Source: an uncultured Pelagibacteraceae bacterium (GTDB lineage Bacteria; Pseudomonadota; Alphaproteobacteria; Pelagibacterales; AG-422-B15). Taken from it: 64,000 nt of DNA. The position numbers and the translations under genes were made by a program. Where the stretch lies: contig CACIQL010000001.1 in NCBI GenBank assembly GCA_902588785.1, forward strand, positions 85,427 to 149,426, written 5' to 3'. Under the pieces are notes generated by a model that ran no database searches, was not told where the DNA came from, and was given only the letters and a program-made list of their open reading frames with translations. Each line of letters begins with the position of its first letter. Position 1 is the first letter of the stretch. Below are positions 60,464-64,000 of the stretch, in pieces.

Positions 60464-61354
60464 ATGAACATAAAACTAAACAAAGGTTATATTAATGAAT
60501 TATTAGAATACGAAAAGGTTCAAAATGGATTATACATTGTAGCAACTCCAATTGGCAATTTAGGTGATATTACCCTACGATCTCTTAAAATTCTGTCTTG
60601 TGTAGATTTAATCTTATGTGAAGATACTCGCATAAGTAAAAAATTAACGAATAAATATGGCATTAAAACCCAACTAAAACCATTTCATAAATTCAACTCA
60701 AAAAACTCTATTCCATTAATAATAAAAAAATTACAAGCTGGATTATCAATTGCAATAATATCTGATGCTGGCACACCAATAATTTCGGATCCTGGTTCAG
60801 ATCTCATAAAACTTTGCGACGAAAAAAAAATTAATGTATTTTCATTACCTGGTCCATCAGCAACTATATCAAGCTATGTTTTGTCAAGCTTTGCTCAAAA
60901 ATCTTTTATGTTTAGAAGTTTTTTTCCAAGACATAAAAATGAAGCTCTAAAAGAATTGGATTTGATAAAAAAACTTGAATGCGCAGTAATATTTTTTGAA
61001 TCACCCCTAAGAATTCTAAAAACACTTAATTTTATCAATGATCATTATGGTAGTTGTGAGGTAACATTTGTAAGAGAATTAACTAAAAAGAATGAAGAAG
61101 TCATTAACTCGAATATTACAGAAGTAATTGAAAAACTCAGAAACAGAAAAAAAATTTTAGGTGAAATAACATTTGTGGTTAAGCCTCTTTGTCACAATAA
61201 AGAAAATAAAATTTCAAATGAAGAAATATCAATATTATCTGATCAACTTATTGCTGCAGGGCTTAATACATCTAAAATTTCAAAAATTATTTCAACTTTC
61301 TTTAATCTTTCAAAAAGAGAGGTATATCAGTTACTAATAAAAAATAAGCAATGA
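60464..61354 (+). CDS. rsmI: 16S rRNA (cytidine1402-2'-O)-methyltransferase RsmI
   Basis: 296 aa with LYIVATPIGNLGDITLR, CEDTR, and ISDAGTPIISDPG motifs of the TP-methylase RsmI family. Confidence 0.9.
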   Translation: MNIKLNKGYINELLEYEKVQNGLYIVATPIGNLGDITLRSLKILSCVDLILCEDTRISKKLTNKYGIKTQLKPFHKFNSKNSIPLIIKKLQAGLSIAIISDAGTPIISDPGSDLIKLCDEKKINVFSLPGPSATISSYVLSSFAQKSFMFRSFFPRHKNEALKELDLIKKLECAVIFFESPLRILKTLNFINDHYGSCEVTFVRELTKKNEEVINSNITEVIEKLRNRKKILGEITFVVKPLCHNKENKISNEEISILSDQLIAAGLNTSKISKIISTFFNLSKREVYQLLIKNKQ

Positions 61355-61385
61355 TATTAATTTTGATATATAGTAATGATTTATA

Positions 61386-61976
61386 ATGCATATTAAGTTC
61401 GTTTATACTTTAGTTTATATAATTCTACCCTCTTTCTTGATAGCTCATTGTGCACAAGTAGCAACCGGCACGGCTGTTAAGGTAGTTACAGTCAATCAAG
61501 AAGATAGATCAATTGGAGAGTTTGTTGATGATACAATTATTAAAACTTTAATAAAAAATACATATTTTGATCAAAACGAAAAATTATTTTTTAATATTGA
61601 CGTTGAGGTGTCACAAGGAAGAGTGTTATTAACTGGGACAATAGAGAATATAGATCTTAAAATTGAAGCAACACGGATTGCTTGGGGGGTAAAAGGAGTA
61701 CAAACTGTTATTAATGAAATCCAAATATCAAATTCAGATAATATAATTAACTTTGCTGATGATCTTGTTATAAGCACAAAGGTAAAGGGAAAACTTATAT
61801 TAAATGAAAATGTTAATTCATTAAATTATAGTATTGAGACAGTTAATAAGCTGGTCTACATCATAGGTATTGCTAGAAGCGAGGATGAAAGAGATTTAGT
61901 AATTAATATTGCTAGAGAAGTATATGGTGTTGAAGAAGTGATAGACTATATTACAATTAAAACTGATGAATTTTAG
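61386..61976 (+). CDS. BON-domain (DolP/YraP/OsmY-like) envelope protein
   Basis: 196 aa with an N-terminal hydrophobic signal and Cys (LIAHCAQ). Two BON-like modules (VEVSQGRVLLTGTIEN...; VNKLVYIIGIARSEDE...VEEV). Confidence 0.75.
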   Translation: MHIKFVYTLVYIILPSFLIAHCAQVATGTAVKVVTVNQEDRSIGEFVDDTIIKTLIKNTYFDQNEKLFFNIDVEVSQGRVLLTGTIENIDLKIEATRIAWGVKGVQTVINEIQISNSDNIINFADDLVISTKVKGKLILNENVNSLNYSIETVNKLVYIIGIARSEDERDLVINIAREVYGVEEVIDYITIKTDEF

Positions 61977-61981
61977 TTTAA

Positions 61982-62911
61982 ATGAACGTAGGTTTTCAAA
62001 TTGATGAAATTGATAAGCTCAATATCAAGACTGACAGTTCCTTACCATTAATTCTAGAGTCCCAAAAAAGAAGAAATAAGAATTTTTATTTTTTACCAAG
62101 TAGTCTGACATTTAAAAATAATTTGGTATATGCACAGGCTAGAGAAATTTCTTTTAAAGATAATAAATTAAAAAATTATGTAATTGGTTATCCTAAACAA
62201 GTAAGGGTTGATAATTTCAATTATGTTTTCATTCGACAGGATCCGCCTTATAACATGGAATATATTTCTTCCATGCATCTCTTGGAACAAGTAAAAGGGC
62301 CTACTAAGTTTATCAATCATCCAAATGGGATAAGAAACGCACCAGAAAAAATTTCAATGCTATCTTATAAAGAAATAATACCTCCAACAGTTATCACTAG
62401 AGAAAAAAAAGAAATAAATGATTTTATAAAACAAAATGGAAAGTGCGTAATTAAACCCCTCTACGGTAATGGAGGTGAAAGTATATTTTTACTTGATAAA
62501 CAAGATGAAAACTATAATCAAATCATCGAACGTTTCATACACCAGCTTAAAGAGCCATTTATAATTCAAAAATTTCTTCCAGAAATCAAACATGGAGATA
62601 AAAGAATAATTCTTGTTAATGGAGAACCAATTGCAGCTTTGAGAAGGATACCCAAGAACAACGAAATACGCTCAAATATTCATGTGGGCGGCAACTGTGA
62701 AGCGGTCAAAATATCAAAACAAGATTTAAATATTTGTCAGGAAATCAAAGGATTTTTAAAAGATGAAGGACTTTTTTTTGTAGGTATTGATGTAATTGGT
62801 AAATATTTAACGGAAATTAATGTTACGTCACCAACCTGCATACAAGAAATCAAAAAACTTCATAAGATTGATATTTCAAAAATAATTTGGGATCAGCTTC
62901 TAAAAAACTAA
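61982..62911 (+). CDS. gshB: glutathione synthetase (prokaryotic ATP-grasp type)
   Basis: 309 aa with FIRQDPP, VIKPLYGNGGESIF, GDKRIILVNGEP, and TEINVTSP. Confidence 0.9.
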   Translation: MNVGFQIDEIDKLNIKTDSSLPLILESQKRRNKNFYFLPSSLTFKNNLVYAQAREISFKDNKLKNYVIGYPKQVRVDNFNYVFIRQDPPYNMEYISSMHLLEQVKGPTKFINHPNGIRNAPEKISMLSYKEIIPPTVITREKKEINDFIKQNGKCVIKPLYGNGGESIFLLDKQDENYNQIIERFIHQLKEPFIIQKFLPEIKHGDKRIILVNGEPIAALRRIPKNNEIRSNIHVGGNCEAVKISKQDLNICQEIKGFLKDEGLFFVGIDVIGKYLTEINVTSPTCIQEIKKLHKIDISKIIWDQLLKN

Positions 62912-62921
62912 TTAATTTGAT

Positions 62922-63884
62922 ATGAGCATACAATCAAAAATACTCAACTTCATGCTTAAAAAATATGTAAAAGATGTTCAGCCTCCTGTTGAAGAAAGAT
63001 CCTACATCGAAGCAAGAAAGATGATGAACCAGGAAGGTTACGTTGATCAAGATATTTCATTAGGCTCTAAACTTTTACAAAAATTAATCTTCAATAAAAG
63101 CAAATCATCTGTCGATATTAAAGAAATTTATTTAAGTGAAACAAGAACTTTACATTTTATAAATGAAAACTCCGATAAAGAAAAATGTATACTTTATCTT
63201 CATGGAGGGGGTTATGTAGCTGGATCACCGGAGACACATCAAAATATGCTTGTAACATTATCTAAGTTGTCTTCAATTCAAATATTTGCTATTGACTACT
63301 CATTATCACCTGAAAGTAATTTTCCTAAAGCAATCGACGAAACTATAAGCAGTTATAATGCCTTATTAGAAAGAGGATTTAAAAATGAAAATATTTATTT
63401 TGGAGGGGACTCAGCTGGAGGCAATTTAACTTTAGTCAGCACATTAAAATTACAAGAGCTAAATCAAAAATTACCTTCAAAACTATTTTTATTATCTCCA
63501 TGGACAGACCTTACTGGCGAGGGAAGAAGCATCAAGGAAAATTCAAAGTCAGATCCTTATTTATCTTACGATAATTGGTTAAACACATCGCTCTCAATGC
63601 AGAAAACTGTTAAAGAATGGTACGCCCCAAATCAAGATTATAAAAATCCTCTTATATCTCCAGTATTTGCAAAATACTCTAACTATCCAAAAACCTTGAT
63701 ACAAGTTAGTGATATTGAAATATTGTATAGCGACTCCTTGGAACTTGAATCTAAAATAAAAGATGGAAATAATGAAGTGACTTTAAGTGTATACAAAAAT
63801 CTACCTCATGTTTGGCAAATATTTGGTTTTTTGCCTGAGGCAAAACAAGCACTTAAAGAGATCGCTTATTTTTTGAAAAACTAA
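62922..63884 (+). CDS. alpha/beta hydrolase, fold-3 (HSL-like esterase/lipase)
   Basis: 320 aa with oxyanion HGGGY and nucleophile elbow GDSAGGN. Confidence 0.85.
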   Translation: MSIQSKILNFMLKKYVKDVQPPVEERSYIEARKMMNQEGYVDQDISLGSKLLQKLIFNKSKSSVDIKEIYLSETRTLHFINENSDKEKCILYLHGGGYVAGSPETHQNMLVTLSKLSSIQIFAIDYSLSPESNFPKAIDETISSYNALLERGFKNENIYFGGDSAGGNLTLVSTLKLQELNQKLPSKLFLLSPWTDLTGEGRSIKENSKSDPYLSYDNWLNTSLSMQKTVKEWYAPNQDYKNPLISPVFAKYSNYPKTLIQVSDIEILYSDSLELESKIKDGNNEVTLSVYKNLPHVWQIFGFLPEAKQALKEIAYFLKN

Positions 63885-64000
63885 CTTTTAAAGGCTGATA
63901 ATGCAGCTAAGTTGACAATGTCAGCAACATTTGCTCCTAAAGGTGCAATTTGTATACTTTCTTTAAAGCCAACCAAGTATGGTCCAACTAGTGTACCTCC
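63881..64000 (-). CDS. C-terminal fragment of a phosphate acetyltransferase-like domain protein (possibly malic enzyme MaeB or Pta); 5' end outside window
   Basis: The minus strand translates GGTLVGPYLVGFKESIQIAPLGANVADIVNLAALSAFKS*, which resembles PTA-domain C-termini (GP.L.G..KP...L.....V.DIVN..A). Only 39 codons are visible. Confidence 0.4.
   Translation of the reverse strand, partial: GGTLVGPYLVGFKESIQIAPLGANVADIVNLAALSAFKS

Noticed and set aside
1-64000. CRISPR arrays, transposases/IS elements, prophage genes, restriction-modification, toxin-antitoxin or other defence systems, rRNA operons and riboswitches.
   Set aside because: I looked through all spacers over 40 bp and all ORFs. No repeat-spacer structure, no recombinase-like protein and no recognisable structured-RNA leader was seen. 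Every gap over 100 bp is a divergent promoter region, the putative origin, or contains the DUF1674 small ORF.

Overview
The window is a visibly AT-rich, extremely gene-dense stretch of alphaproteobacterial core chromosome. It resembles streamlined Pelagibacterales/SAR11-type genomes: most spacers are under 100 bp and many starts and stops overlap as ATGA. About 75 CDS and one tRNA-Gly(GCC) can be supported. I saw no rRNA, CRISPR array, transposase, integrase, prophage, toxin-antitoxin or recognisable defence genes. The gene order matches the conserved alphaproteobacterial origin neighbourhood: parB-parA-rsmG-mnmG-mnmE ... rho-hemJ-hemH-hemE on the minus strand, then a 273 bp AT-rich gap, then maf-aroE-coaE-dnaQ on the plus strand. 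I therefore call the hemE/maf spacer (35580-35852) the probable oriC. A perfect 16-bp parS palindrome lies inside rsmG. The rest is housekeeping: tsaD(partial)-gpsA-acs, rpe-purH, ftsK-lolA, leuS-lptE-holA, secB/fxsA/Tim44-like, hslVU, a his operon, nth, dapB, dnaKJ, grpE, rph-rdgB, lpoA-like/rsmI/BON, and gshB. No clear-cut novel multi-gene system is visible. The best candidates for undescribed biology are: (i) a TPR-sulfotransferase joined by overlapping start/stop codons to both leuS and lptE; (ii) a 72-aa protein ending in CGCC downstream of an untracked SDHAF4/DUF1674-like small ORF; (iii) an MFS / small membrane protein / FkbM-methyltransferase operon beside tRNA-Gly; (iv) an OmpR-type winged-helix regulator with a degenerate receiver and a 25-bp palindromic divergent spacer; (v) an SDR-PfkB kinase-SDR operon convergent with a GT9 glycosyltransferase. 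All functional calls rest on motif and family recognition by eye, not on database searches.
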